Assembly (NCBI GenBank): GCA_964568775.1
Contig: CAZMQW010000001.1
Span: forward strand, 719 to 64,718
DNA: 64,000 bases
Source: an uncultured Candidatus Saccharibacteria bacterium
GTDB lineage: Bacteria; Patescibacteriota; Minisyncoccia; Minisyncoccales; MHMH01
Reading direction: 5' to 3'
In this document: one piece after another, positions 1 to 9,543 of the stretch
How positions within the stretch are numbered: position 1 is the stretch's first letter
Layout of the letters: each line of letters starts with the position of its first letter
Translations under genes and position numbers: made by a program
The notes under the pieces: model-generated
Told to the model about the DNA's origin: nothing
Database searches by the model: none
The model's input: only the letters and a program-made list of their open reading frames with translations

Positions 1-151
1 TTCTTGGTATCCCTGCTCTTTTCATTGCGCGAAGAATTGTATCATCGCTAACTTTAAACAGTTTACAAAGTCTATCCATAGGTATACGAGGGTTTTGATA
101 TAAATTGCCAAGCCTGACTATCTGCTTATCTTTCAATTTGTATCTAGGCAT
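1..151 (-). CDS. partial CDS, small HTH-like protein (C-terminus lies beyond window start)
   Basis: ATG at 151..149 (minus). Reads MPRYKLKDKQIVRLGNLYQNPRIPMDRLCKLFKVSDDTILRAMKRAGIPR.. with no stop before position 1. Below the ORF-track size cutoff. Confidence 0.3.
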   Translation of the reverse strand, partial: MPRYKLKDKQIVRLGNLYQNPRIPMDRLCKLFKVSDDTILRAMKRAGIPR

Positions 152-183
152 ATTAATTATTGTAATTTATTCTATAATAAAAA

Positions 184-708
184 TCAAGTTAAAATCTGCA
201 AATCAATCAGAGCTTTCTCGTAAATGTCTAAAGCGTTTTTTGCGTCTTCTATGCTCAAGTGGTGAGTGGGATCTTGCACAAGGCTGTTGCGCAACTGGTG
301 GGCCCCGTGAACATCTTTGATATTGGGCAGAATGGCCGAAGTCAATTTTTCCAGCCTTTCCTCCAAGGCCTGGCCCTCGTAGCCCATTCTCTTCAAACAA
401 TAATCCAGCATGTCATCGGCTTCAATAACAGCTGTTTTATACTCCGACTCCAAGCCGCTCTCCAGCCTTTTGACAATTTTCCGCCATCTGCGGACCAATC
501 TTCTGGCGCCGAAAGCCCGGAAAGTCAAAAACTCTCCCACGTTCTGCATCAAAAGCCACTCCAAATAATGGCTTTTTAAAAGGATAAAGATGATTGTCGC
601 AACAAGCAACCCGGCTACGACAAAAAATCCGATCCTGACCGCAAACAGGTTTTCCTGCACCTCGGCTGAGGTTAAAAAAGGAATAATGGCGTTGAAATCA
701 ATATTCAT
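184..708 (-). CDS. hypothetical membrane-anchored protein
   Basis: 174-aa ORF with one hydrophobic helix (FFVVAGLLVATIIFILL). Overlaps the gatA stop by 11 nt, so it is probably the last gene of the operon. Confidence 0.5.
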   Translation of the reverse strand: MNIDFNAIIPFLTSAEVQENLFAVRIGFFVVAGLLVATIIFILLKSHYLEWLLMQNVGEFLTFRAFGARRLVRRWRKIVKRLESGLESEYKTAVIEADDMLDYCLKRMGYEGQALEERLEKLTSAILPNIKDVHGAHQLRNSLVQDPTHHLSIEDAKNALDIYEKALIDLQILT

Positions 709-2110
709 AGATTTTGCCTAATTCTAATATTTTATACTCTTCAAACGGCTGGCCGATGATCTGCAAGCCAACCGGCAGCTTGCCCACTTTACCAACCGGC
801 AGAGAAAGAGCGGGCAGACCCACTAGGTTTACGGAAACCGTATAGACATCGGTCAAATACATTGAAAGCGGATTATTAACTTTTTCCCCGACTTTGAAAG
901 GCAGAGAGGGAGAGGTTGGGGTTAAAATCACATCAACCTTTTTAAAAGCTTTTTTGAAATCCTCAATCACCTTGGTCCTGACTTTCTGGGCTTTTAAATA
1001 ATACGCCTCGTAATAACCCGAAGATAATGTGTAAGTGCCCAGCATAATCCTTCTTTTCACCTCGGCCCCAAAGCCCTTGCCCCTAGAATTCAGATAAACG
1101 TCCATCAAATCTTTTCCTTGCCGGTCGGAGTAGCCGTATTTTATCCCGTCGTACCTGGCTAAATTGGCCGAAGCTTCCGAAGGATTAATAATATAATAAG
1201 CTGACAAAGCATAATCGGTGTGGGGCAGGCTGACCTCAACAATCTTAACCCCCATCTTTTCGTATTTGCCGATCGCTTCTTTAATTGTTTTCTCAATGTT
1301 CTTATCTATCCCTTTGACAAAATACTCTTTGGGAATGCCCGCGCGCAAACCTTTGATTTTTATATTTCTTGCCTTTGACTTTGGAGCAATACTGGTCGAG
1401 TCAAGTGCGTCTTCCCCGGCGATCGCTTCAAAAACAAGTTGGGCGTCTTCGGCAGTTTTGGCCAAAGGACCAATTTGGTCCAAAGAAGAGGCAAAAGCGA
1501 TCAAACCGTAGCGGGAAACCGCCCCGTAAGTCGGTTTCAACCCGGCCACTCCGCAGAAAGAAGCTGGCAGACGAATGGAGCCGCCGGTATCAGAGCCTAA
1601 AGCGTAAAAAGCCATCTCACTAGCCACTGCTGCAGCCGAACCGCCGGAAGAGCCGCCCGGCACGCGGGACAAATCGTGAGGATTGCGGGTCGGTCCGAAA
1701 GCAGAATTCTCGGTTGAAGAACCCATGGCAAACTCGTCCAGATTTGTTTTCCCCAAAATAACCGCTTCCTGTTTTTTAAGCTTCTCTATCACCGTGGCAT
1801 TGTAAGGAGCTACGTAATCGGCCAAAATCTTTGAGGCAGCGGTGCACTTTACCCCTTCAACCAGAATATTGTCTTTAATGGCTACAGGAATACCCGCCAA
1901 CAAAGGGAGCTTTTTGCCACCAGCCAGCAAACTATCGACTTTCTTGGCCTGAGCTAGGGCTGATTTTTCATTAACAGTCAAAAAAGCGTGGATTGCCCTG
2001 TCTTTTTCCTTGATTTTATTTAAACAGGCCTGGCAAAGCTCCAGAGCGGAAAATTGTTTCTTCCTCAGCCCCTGGTGCGCCTGGGTGATGGTAAGTCCGG
2101 TCAAGTTCAT
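698..2110 (-). CDS. gatA: Asp/Glu-tRNA amidotransferase subunit A
   Basis: 470 aa with the amidase signature GGSSGGSAAAVA and ..DTGGSIRLPASFCG... ATGA-type overlap with gatC. Confidence 0.95.
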   Translation of the reverse strand: MNLTGLTITQAHQGLRKKQFSALELCQACLNKIKEKDRAIHAFLTVNEKSALAQAKKVDSLLAGGKKLPLLAGIPVAIKDNILVEGVKCTAASKILADYVAPYNATVIEKLKKQEAVILGKTNLDEFAMGSSTENSAFGPTRNPHDLSRVPGGSSGGSAAAVASEMAFYALGSDTGGSIRLPASFCGVAGLKPTYGAVSRYGLIAFASSLDQIGPLAKTAEDAQLVFEAIAGEDALDSTSIAPKSKARNIKIKGLRAGIPKEYFVKGIDKNIEKTIKEAIGKYEKMGVKIVEVSLPHTDYALSAYYIINPSEASANLARYDGIKYGYSDRQGKDLMDVYLNSRGKGFGAEVKRRIMLGTYTLSSGYYEAYYLKAQKVRTKVIEDFKKAFKKVDVILTPTSPSLPFKVGEKVNNPLSMYLTDVYTVSVNLVGLPALSLPVGKVGKLPVGLQIIGQPFEEYKILELGKIYEY

Positions 2111-2385
2111 TTTAAGATAGATTTTACTTTAACAAAACCGGCCTTGGTTTCCGGCGCCAAAGACAGCAGTTTTTGTTTTGACGGCCGGCCTTCGTCCCGC
2201 CTCGTCACGTTTTCCACCTGGAAAGGATGGCTAGTTGTCTCAACCCCGGTTAATTTAACTTTTTTCAATTTTTCAATATAACCCAAAATCAAAGAGAGCT
2301 CTTTCTGGTAAGTAGCTGTTTCTTTTTCGTTCAGGCCCAAGCGGGCCAGTTTGGCGATATGTTTTACTTCCTCCTTTTTGATCAT
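2107..2385 (-). CDS. gatC: Asp/Glu-tRNA amidotransferase subunit C
   Basis: 92 aa. EVKHIAKLARLGLNEKE.. is a typical GatC N-terminus, and the gene is directly upstream of gatA. Confidence 0.85.
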   Translation of the reverse strand: MIKKEEVKHIAKLARLGLNEKETATYQKELSLILGYIEKLKKVKLTGVETTSHPFQVENVTRRDEGRPSKQKLLSLAPETKAGFVKVKSILK

Positions 2386-2386
2386 G

Positions 2387-3439
2387 TTATTTGGGCGGTT
2401 CTAATTCTTCGGTGTCAGCCAGCACCTCTCTTAAAACATCAATGTTTTCGAGCACCATGCCGGCTCCCCGGGCTACGGCTGTGACCGGATCTTCAATGAT
2501 TTTGGTCGGAATTTTGGTTTCTTTGGTGATTAAAGTATCGATGCCTTTAAGTAAACTCCCCCCGCCGGTCAGATGGATTCCTTTGGTCATCACGTCAGCC
2601 AGCAGTTCGGGCGGCGTCTCCTCAATAGCTGCTTTGATAGTATCAACGATTTGCCGAACCGATTTTTCCATGGCTCTTCTGATATCATCATCCGACACCA
2701 TGATTTCCTCGGGCAGGCCGGTAACGAAATTCCTGCCCCGCAAAGGCATTTCTTTCTTCTCTTTTAAAGCGTGGGCTGAGCCGATGCCGATTTTCACTTC
2801 CTCGGCCGTCCGCTCCCCGATCAGCAGTTTATATTCTTCCTGGGCGAAATTAATTATATCTTCGTTTAGCTTGTCGCCGGCCACTTTCAGGGTTTTGGCC
2901 AGAACTATCCCGCCCAGAGAAATGACCACCACCTGGGTGGTGCCCCCGCCGATGTCAACGATGAAATTGCCTCCGGCCTCCTGAACCAGTAATCTAGCCC
3001 CGATGGCTGCAGCCATCGGCTGTTCAATCAAATAAACTTCCCTGGCGCCCGCGTTCTTGGCCGCGTCCTGAACCGCTTTTTTCTCAACTTCGGTCACGCC
3101 GCACGGCACCCCGATAATCACCCTGGGCTTGGGAGTAAACCAGAACTTTCTCCGCTGCACCTTTTCAATGAAATATCGCAGCATCTGCTCGGTCACTTCA
3201 AAATCGGAAATCACTCCTTTGACCAAGGGACGGGTGGCCACGATGTGGGCCGGAGTCCGACCCACCATTTTTTTGGCATCTTCGCCGATCGCTAAAACCT
3301 GACCGGTTTTCTGGTTGACGGCCACTACCGAAGGCTCAAAGATAACAATCCCCTGTCCTTTGGCGTAAACAAGAGTGGTGGCTGTACCCAAATCAATAGC
3401 AATATCCTGGTATAAATAGGAAAAAATTTTATTGAACAT
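2387..3439 (-). CDS. mreB: actin-like rod-shape protein MreB (paralog 1)
   Basis: 350 aa with IAIDLGTATTLVY, DIGGGTTQV and HLTGGGSLLKGID actin-fold ATPase motifs. Confidence 0.9.
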   Translation of the reverse strand: MFNKIFSYLYQDIAIDLGTATTLVYAKGQGIVIFEPSVVAVNQKTGQVLAIGEDAKKMVGRTPAHIVATRPLVKGVISDFEVTEQMLRYFIEKVQRRKFWFTPKPRVIIGVPCGVTEVEKKAVQDAAKNAGAREVYLIEQPMAAAIGARLLVQEAGGNFIVDIGGGTTQVVVISLGGIVLAKTLKVAGDKLNEDIINFAQEEYKLLIGERTAEEVKIGIGSAHALKEKKEMPLRGRNFVTGLPEEIMVSDDDIRRAMEKSVRQIVDTIKAAIEETPPELLADVMTKGIHLTGGGSLLKGIDTLITKETKIPTKIIEDPVTAVARGAGMVLENIDVLREVLADTEELEPPK

Positions 3440-4667
3440 ATTTTACAATCCGGCTAAGTTTGACCAGCTTAATCTTTTTTTCATTTCTCTTTTTAGCTTC
3501 AACCGAATTTGTTTTCAAAGTTTTCTCGCTCACCACCAGTCTTAAAGGCAGGCCAATTAAATCGGCTTCAACGAATTTCTCGCCCGCTGTCTTATTTGTT
3601 CTGTCGTCATACAATACCTCAACCCCTGACTTCTGCAAATCATAATAGAGCTTGGCGGCTGTTTCTTTGACTCTCCGGCTATTCTCAATCTTTATTAAAT
3701 GAACCTGGAACGGCGCCACTTCTTTGGGCCAGATAATGCCGTCTTTGTCATGGTGGATTTCAACGATCGTGGCCAAAGCCCTGTCCAACCCAATGCCGTA
3801 GCAACCCATAATAATTGGCTTTTTCTTGCCGTCCGCATCAACGAAATAAGCGTCTAAATCTTTGGAATATTTATCGCCCAAGGGGAAAATATTGGCCACC
3901 TCAACCCCCCGGTCTGATTTTAGCGTTTGCCCGCAAACAGGACATTTTGTTCCCGCTTTCGCTATTTCTTTATTTTGGGCAAAATGACCCCGGGGACAAA
4001 AAATTATCGTATCTTCCCCGGCTCCAGTCAAAACCTGAAACTCGTGAGTGTATTCTTCGGTAAAATCGCTCCCGGAAGCCTGAACGATCAAGGTCGGCAA
4101 ACCGCATCTTTTGAATATTTTCTGATAGACTTTCTTGATAAATTCGTAATATTTTTCAAAATCTTTCTGGTCTTCATGAAAACTGTAAAGGTCTTTCATT
4201 AAAAACTCTCTGGTCCGCAGCAGCCCGCCGGTAGCCCTTATTTCGTTGCGGAATTTGTTCTGAATCTGAAACAGGGCCAAAGGCAAGTCTTTGAAAGTTT
4301 TTATCCGCCGGCTGACCACGTAAGTTACGACCTCTTCGTGCGTGGAGCCCAAAGCCAGCTCCTTCTGATGCCGGTCTTTTAATTTGAAAAGGGGTGGATC
4401 CATCGTCTGCCAGCGGCCGGTTTTTTCCCAAAGGGATTTCGGCTGGAGGGCCGGCATGGCCATTTCCTGGGCTTTAATACCTTCCATTTCCTCCCGGATA
4501 ATCCTGGCTATTTTGTTTTGAACTCTCAACCCCAAAGGTAAAAAAACGTAAATGCCCGAAGCTATTTGTTCAATAAAATCAGCCCGGGTCAATAATTTAT
4601 GGGAAATGGTTTCTGCTTCCCGGGGCGGTTCTTTTTTAATTTTGGCGAAAAGCTGAGATTGAAACAT
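3429..4667 (-). CDS. proS: prolyl-tRNA synthetase, bacterial type, lacking the INS editing domain
   Basis: 412 aa. The N-terminus (SHKLLTRADFI.. GIYVFLPLG) and GVEVANIFPLGDKYS match bacterial ProRS. Only about 30 aa lie between THEFQVL and GVEV. Confidence 0.9.
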   Translation of the reverse strand: MFQSQLFAKIKKEPPREAETISHKLLTRADFIEQIASGIYVFLPLGLRVQNKIARIIREEMEGIKAQEMAMPALQPKSLWEKTGRWQTMDPPLFKLKDRHQKELALGSTHEEVVTYVVSRRIKTFKDLPLALFQIQNKFRNEIRATGGLLRTREFLMKDLYSFHEDQKDFEKYYEFIKKVYQKIFKRCGLPTLIVQASGSDFTEEYTHEFQVLTGAGEDTIIFCPRGHFAQNKEIAKAGTKCPVCGQTLKSDRGVEVANIFPLGDKYSKDLDAYFVDADGKKKPIIMGCYGIGLDRALATIVEIHHDKDGIIWPKEVAPFQVHLIKIENSRRVKETAAKLYYDLQKSGVEVLYDDRTNKTAGEKFVEADLIGLPLRLVVSEKTLKTNSVEAKKRNEKKIKLVKLSRIVKYVQ

Positions 4668-4671
4668 AAAG

Positions 4672-5742
4672 TTAAAATAAGCGCGGTATGTCGAATTTTA
4701 TAGTGACGAAAATCAACAAAAGAATCATCAGAATAAAGAAAGTGGCTGAAATCTTCTGCTCTATTTTGTAATTAATCGGCCGGCCACGCAGCCATTCAAC
4801 GCACAAAAACACAATTTTTCCCCCGTCCAGAGCCGGAATCGGCAGGATATTGACCAAAGCTAGAGCCACCGATATCAAAGAGACCAAAAACAGAAAGTAA
4901 TTTATCCCCAGATTGAAATATTCTCTCAAAAGATCAAGAATGCCGAGCGGCCCCCTCAATTCCATTTCCACTCCCTTGGGCAACTCTTCTAACCCAACCA
5001 TGCTTTTAACTCCCATAACCCAGCCTTGGACAATGTTGGCAGTCAGCTGACCGCAGGCCAGCACCCCCTGAACGGGCGCCTGATACCAGGGATAGGGCTT
5101 TAAAGCAACTCTGGTCAAACCAATGCCCAAAGGCCCTTCGTCAACCGGATAAGAGGTCCGCAAAGCAATGTTCTTTTCATAAACATCCTGGCCCCTCTTA
5201 ACCATTAAAGTGACTTCCTGGGCCGGCTGCTCTTTTATGAAATCCTGCAAATCCCTTACTTTGTCAAAACCAAGAATCACGTCGCCTGTTTTTAAATCAG
5301 CTGCCCGGGCCGGAGAATCGGGCATTACCAAGGCAACCTGGACTTTGGGTTCAATTAAATTACTGTTGTCATCATCGTTCACAGCCACGGGCAACCCCCA
5401 AACGCCAGCCACAACACTTAACAGAATGGCTGAAACTATCCAAAAAGAAACCACTCCCCCCAGAACTATAGAAATCCTCTGCCACATGGGCAAGCCGATA
5501 AAACTGCGGTAATCTTCCACCCCGCCCTGTTCGCCGCGTATCTTAACAAAAGCGCCGAAAGGCAAAAGGTTGATTGAATAAAAGGTTTCCCCGAACTGGC
5601 GGCCGAAAAGCCTGGGCGGATAGCCGACGCCGAATTCTTCAACCTTGGTTCCGAACTTCTTAGCTAAGATAAAATGGCCGAACTCGTGAATGACAATCAA
5701 AATAATCAGGCTGAAAAGAGCGATTAAAACAGTTAATATCAT
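4672..5742 (-). CDS. rseP: site-2 metalloprotease RseP/M50 with PDZ domain
   Basis: 356 aa with HEFGH zinc motif at the N-terminus, a central PDZ-like region (PARAADLKTGDVILG) and the NILPIPALDGG motif. Confidence 0.85.
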   Translation of the reverse strand: MILTVLIALFSLIILIVIHEFGHFILAKKFGTKVEEFGVGYPPRLFGRQFGETFYSINLLPFGAFVKIRGEQGGVEDYRSFIGLPMWQRISIVLGGVVSFWIVSAILLSVVAGVWGLPVAVNDDDNSNLIEPKVQVALVMPDSPARAADLKTGDVILGFDKVRDLQDFIKEQPAQEVTLMVKRGQDVYEKNIALRTSYPVDEGPLGIGLTRVALKPYPWYQAPVQGVLACGQLTANIVQGWVMGVKSMVGLEELPKGVEMELRGPLGILDLLREYFNLGINYFLFLVSLISVALALVNILPIPALDGGKIVFLCVEWLRGRPINYKIEQKISATFFILMILLLIFVTIKFDIPRLF

Positions 5743-5745
5743 AGG

Positions 5746-6300
5746 TTATTCGCTTATTTCCCTTTTTTTCTTATCCCCCAGATCGTCAACCTTTTTACTG
5801 TAATCGTCGATCAGTTTCTGCAGATCGTCCTTGGCCCGGAACTTGTCGTCCTCCCTGATTTTCCCGTCTTTAAACCCGTCCTGGACTTCCCGCCAGGCCT
5901 GCTCCCGCCACCTCCGCAAAACTTTGCGGGCTTCCTCCTGCTTTTCCGACAAAAGCCGGCCCAATTGTTTGCGGTAATCCTCGGTCAACGGAGGCAAATT
6001 GATTCTGACGGTGTCCTTGTCAACGATCGGGCTGGCGCCGATTCCGCTCTTTTCCAAAGCAGCCACAATGCCCTCAATGTAAGATTTGTCCCAGGGCTGG
6101 ATTGAAATCTGCTTTGTTTCGGGAGTGGAAATGGCCGCCAGCTGTTTTAAGGGAAGTTTCTGGCCGAAACAGTCAACCACAATGTCCTCGACCAAAGAAG
6201 GAGTGGCTCTGGATGTTCTGATTTTGGCCATCTCAGTTTCAAAAAAATGAATGACTTTGTCCAGTTCCGGCTTAATTTTATTGATTATTTCTTGATGCAT
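5746..6300 (-). CDS. frr: ribosome recycling factor
   Basis: 184 aa with full-length RRF-like sequence (..IRTSRATPSLVEDI.. LPPLTEDYRKQL..). Confidence 0.95.
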   Translation of the reverse strand: MHQEIINKIKPELDKVIHFFETEMAKIRTSRATPSLVEDIVVDCFGQKLPLKQLAAISTPETKQISIQPWDKSYIEGIVAALEKSGIGASPIVDKDTVRINLPPLTEDYRKQLGRLLSEKQEEARKVLRRWREQAWREVQDGFKDGKIREDDKFRAKDDLQKLIDDYSKKVDDLGDKKKREISE

Positions 6301-6329
6301 ATCTAATTAAAATAATAGCAGAATTTTTC

Positions 6330-7127
6330 CTACAATTCCAGCATTAAAATTTCCAGAGCCAGCCGGGGGTTAACGTTGGTCGTGGAAACCAAAAAATTGG
6401 TTGTTTGGATAAGCTTTAAAATATTCTTTAGCTTAACCAGGGAATATTCTTTGGATTTATTGCTGACTGCAGCCAACAGCATCTCCCGGAAATATCTGAG
6501 CCAGATATCAAGAATTTCTTTCAGGTTTTGGGGCTCTTGAGACAGCTCTTTGGCGTATTGGAAACGGTCGGCCAAATTAGATTGAGTTATTTTTAAAATA
6601 TCTTTAATTCTTTTGTCCTGGCGGTCAACACTCAAAGAGCCGCCGTAGAATCTCAAGCGCTCCACTCTAGAGAGAACTGTCGGCAGCAGCATTTCGGGAT
6701 ACTCGGTAACTAAAATAAAAACAGTTTTGCCCTTGGGCTCTTCCAACAGTTTTAAAAAAGCGCTCTGAGCTTCCTGATTCAGACAGTGGGCCTCGTCAAT
6801 AATCACCGCTTTGAAAGGGGCAGAATAAGCCCTCAAAGAAAGATGGGCAGTCAAGTCCCTGATCTGGGCTATTTTTATTTCCTTGCCTTGGGGTTCAACG
6901 ATAAACAGGTCGGGATGAACGTTCTTGGCGATGTCCCCACAGGCGCGGCACTGCTGGCAGGGTCTCTTTTCAAAATCCTTGTTCTCGCAATTGAGGAGCT
7001 TTATAAACTCTAAGGCTAGAGCTTTCTTGCCGAGAGAATTCTGGCCGTAAAATAACAGAGCGTGGGGTGTTTTTTCAAGCTCCACGCTTTTTTTAAGAAA
7101 CTGCCATTGTTTTTGATGGCCGATCAT
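6330..7127 (-). CDS. holB: DNA polymerase III delta' subunit
   Basis: HALLFYGQNSLGKKALA P-loop-like region and Cys cluster CQQCRAC. I chose the ATG at 7127 (ATGA overlap with the mreB stop) over the track start at 7202. Confidence 0.8.
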   Translation of the reverse strand: MIGHQKQWQFLKKSVELEKTPHALLFYGQNSLGKKALALEFIKLLNCENKDFEKRPCQQCRACGDIAKNVHPDLFIVEPQGKEIKIAQIRDLTAHLSLRAYSAPFKAVIIDEAHCLNQEAQSAFLKLLEEPKGKTVFILVTEYPEMLLPTVLSRVERLRFYGGSLSVDRQDKRIKDILKITQSNLADRFQYAKELSQEPQNLKEILDIWLRYFREMLLAAVSNKSKEYSLVKLKNILKLIQTTNFLVSTTNVNPRLALEILMLEL

Positions 7128-8134
7128 TTCCGCTTGCTCATTATGCTTTTTTTGTAAACCGCTAGATTCTCCAGAACAACGCCCGTACCCTTGGCCACGC
7201 ACAAAAGCGGGTCATCAGCAATAAAGCAGGGCACGCCAGTCTCCTGAGCTATCAAGGTATCAATGTTGCGCAGCAAAGCTCCCCCGCCCGACAAAATCAT
7301 GCCCTTATCCATAACGTCAGCCGACAGTTCGGGCGGTGTGTCTCTGAGAACCTGCTTGATAACCTGGATGATATCGATTAAAGAATCTCTAATCGCCCCG
7401 GAAATCTCGTTGGAAGAAATCTTAATGTTGCGCGGCAGACCCAGCACCAGGTCCCGGCCGCGGATTTCCATTTTCTTTTCTTCCTTCTCGGGCAGGGCAG
7501 TGCCGATTTTAATCTTAATGTCTTCGGCCGTCTGCTCCCCGATCGCCAGATTGTATTTCTTTTTAATGTATTCGGAAATGGCCACGTTCATCTTGTCCCC
7601 GGCCACCCTGGCCGAACTGGCAGTAACAATACCGCCCAAAGAGATAACTGCTACTTCCGAGGTGCCCCCGCCAATATCAACGATCAAATGGCCCGAGCAG
7701 GCGTTAATCGGTATGCCAGCGCCGATGGCCGCCAATATCGGCTCTTTGGCCACGAATGTCTCCTTGGCGCCCGCATTAGTAGCCGCTTCAATCACCGCCC
7801 TTCTTTCGGTTGAGGTAATGCCGGCTGGCACAGCTATCATTAATTCGGGCTTTAAAAACTTAAAAAATCCGGCTGTTTTTTTAATGAAATATCTGATCAT
7901 GGCCTGGGTAACCCTGAAATCAGCAATCACCCCGTCTCTCAACGGCCGGTAAACCCGGATAGTGTCGGGAGTCCTTCCGGTCATTTCCTTGGCTTCCTCG
8001 CCCACGGCCAAAATCCTGTTCTCGTTAAGAGAAACAGCCACGACCGATGGCTCCTGTAAAACTACGCCTTTGTTGGGAACAAAGACCAAGGAGTTGCACG
8101 TGCCCAAATCAATGCCGATTTTTCTAACTAACAT
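7124..8134 (-). CDS. mreB: actin-like protein MreB (paralog 2)
   Basis: 336 aa with IGIDLGTCNSLVF, DIGGGTSEV and ILSGGGALLRNID motifs. Confidence 0.9.
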   Translation of the reverse strand: MLVRKIGIDLGTCNSLVFVPNKGVVLQEPSVVAVSLNENRILAVGEEAKEMTGRTPDTIRVYRPLRDGVIADFRVTQAMIRYFIKKTAGFFKFLKPELMIAVPAGITSTERRAVIEAATNAGAKETFVAKEPILAAIGAGIPINACSGHLIVDIGGGTSEVAVISLGGIVTASSARVAGDKMNVAISEYIKKKYNLAIGEQTAEDIKIKIGTALPEKEEKKMEIRGRDLVLGLPRNIKISSNEISGAIRDSLIDIIQVIKQVLRDTPPELSADVMDKGMILSGGGALLRNIDTLIAQETGVPCFIADDPLLCVAKGTGVVLENLAVYKKSIMSKRK

Positions 8135-8140
8135 ATATGT

Positions 8141-9406
8141 TTAATCTTTTACCCTTTTAATATCAGCGCCCAATTTCTGCAGCCTCTCCTCTATCTGCTC
8201 GTAACCCCTGTCTATCTGGTATACATTATTAATAATAGTTTTGCCTTTGGCAATCAAGCCCGCGATTATCAGGGCGGCCCCGCCCCTTAAATCGAAAGAG
8301 CCCAATTCCCTGCCCTGCAACTGGGTCGGCCCGTTAATAATGGCACGGTGCGGATCGGCAAAATATATCTCCGCTCCCATCTTATTTATCTCTTCCAGAT
8401 ATTTCAGCCGGCCTTCGTAAAGCGGGTCGTGGATCAGGGTGGAACCGGGAGCCTGGGTAGCCAGAACTCCAAAAGCTGACTGCAAATCAGATGGTATGCC
8501 CGGATAGGGCAGGCTCTGAATCTTGTCTATTTTCAGTTTTTTCCAGGGCAGAACCCTGACAGTGTTCTTACCCACAATCTGATATGGCACCCCGCAGTCT
8601 CTGAGTTTTTTCAAAGGCAGCTCCAGATAAGCCAGCTCCACGTTTTTCACCAGTACATTGCCTCTGGTGGCGGCCGCTGTCAAAATAAAAGTGCCTGCTT
8701 CAATCGGGTCATAAATCAAATGATGCCTGACTCCTTTCAATTTAGGCGAGCCTTCAACAATAATTTCATGGGTGCCCGCCCCTTTAATTTTAACTCCCAT
8801 CTTTTTCAAAAAACTGGCCAGCTCTTTAACCTGGTAATCCTGATCAGCTGTCTTAATCACGGTCTTCTGAGGCAGCAGAGAGCTAAAAAGCATCAGGTTC
8901 TCGGTGGCGGTCACGCTGAACTCGTTCAGAACAACTTCTTTCTCTTTGTTTTTGCGAGCCTTTAATAAATATTTGTCTTTGTCTTTGGCAATCTTAACGC
9001 CTAGCTGAGCAAAACCGTCCAAATGCGTATCAATCGGTCTGGCGCCGATAACGCAGCCACCCGGCTGGGGCAGCTTTATGTGGCCGAATCTGGCCAATAA
9101 AGGCCCGAAAAAAAGCACCGAACCACGCAAAAGACAGATTAAATCCTGTTTGGCTTTAGCTGGGTTGATTTGGGTGTTTTTAATCTTAATGGAGCGCTCC
9201 CCCACCCAGGTGATTTTAGAACCCATGGCTTTGAGGATTTCAATCATGCGGAAAACGTCCTCAATCAAGGGAAGATTCTCAATTAGGCATTCCTCACGGG
9301 TCAAAAGAGAAGCAGCTAAAATCGGAAAGGCGGCGTTTTTGGCGCCCCTGACTTCGATTTCGCCTTTCAACGGCTTACCGCCGTTGATGATGAATTTATC
9401 GGCCAT
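8141..9406 (-). CDS. murA: UDP-N-acetylglucosamine 1-carboxyvinyltransferase
   Basis: 421 aa with GAKNAAFPILAASLL and the active-site region LPQPGGCVIGARPID. Confidence 0.95.
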   Translation of the reverse strand: MADKFIINGGKPLKGEIEVRGAKNAAFPILAASLLTREECLIENLPLIEDVFRMIEILKAMGSKITWVGERSIKIKNTQINPAKAKQDLICLLRGSVLFFGPLLARFGHIKLPQPGGCVIGARPIDTHLDGFAQLGVKIAKDKDKYLLKARKNKEKEVVLNEFSVTATENLMLFSSLLPQKTVIKTADQDYQVKELASFLKKMGVKIKGAGTHEIIVEGSPKLKGVRHHLIYDPIEAGTFILTAAATRGNVLVKNVELAYLELPLKKLRDCGVPYQIVGKNTVRVLPWKKLKIDKIQSLPYPGIPSDLQSAFGVLATQAPGSTLIHDPLYEGRLKYLEEINKMGAEIYFADPHRAIINGPTQLQGRELGSFDLRGGAALIIAGLIAKGKTIINNVYQIDRGYEQIEERLQKLGADIKRVKD

Positions 9407-9417
9407 ATGCTCTTTTT

Positions 9418-9446
9418 ATCCTATCTTAAAATAACGAAGTTGGCAA
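9418..9446 (-). promoter_or_regulatory. sigma70-type promoter of the murA operon
   Basis: Minus strand TTGCCA-N17-TAGGAT. The -10 ends 11 nt before the murA ATG. Confidence 0.45.
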
Positions 9447-9543
9447 ATATAAATATGGTCGATGTTTATCCTTAAGCAAATTAAAAAGGACGTCTGGCTA
9501 AATTCGGCCAGGCGCCCTATTTATTTGTAGTTTTAACGCTTTC

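Noticed and set aside
2391-2984. Long antisense or alternate-frame ORFs in the track. Examples: 2391-2984, 7263-7952, 14206-14763, 29312-29797, 30756-31547, 33683-34252, 36175-36792, 50200-50646, 52801-53463, 60422-60985.
   Set aside because: Each lies entirely inside a confidently identified gene on the opposite strand or in another frame. Their translations are low-complexity (S/P/L/F-rich) with no family features. They are shadow ORFs.
6330-7202. N-terminal extensions of track ORFs. Examples: holB to 7202, rplM to 12147, rplR to 25355, rplV to 29697, Nudix to 57164, NifX-like to 49309, fusA-tuf mini-gene to 34861, rpsE/rpsL/fusA/infA TTG starts.
   Set aside because: The extra residues overlap the upstream gene and have no homology to the family N-termini. 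Internal ATGs sit at classic ATGA or short-gap junctions.
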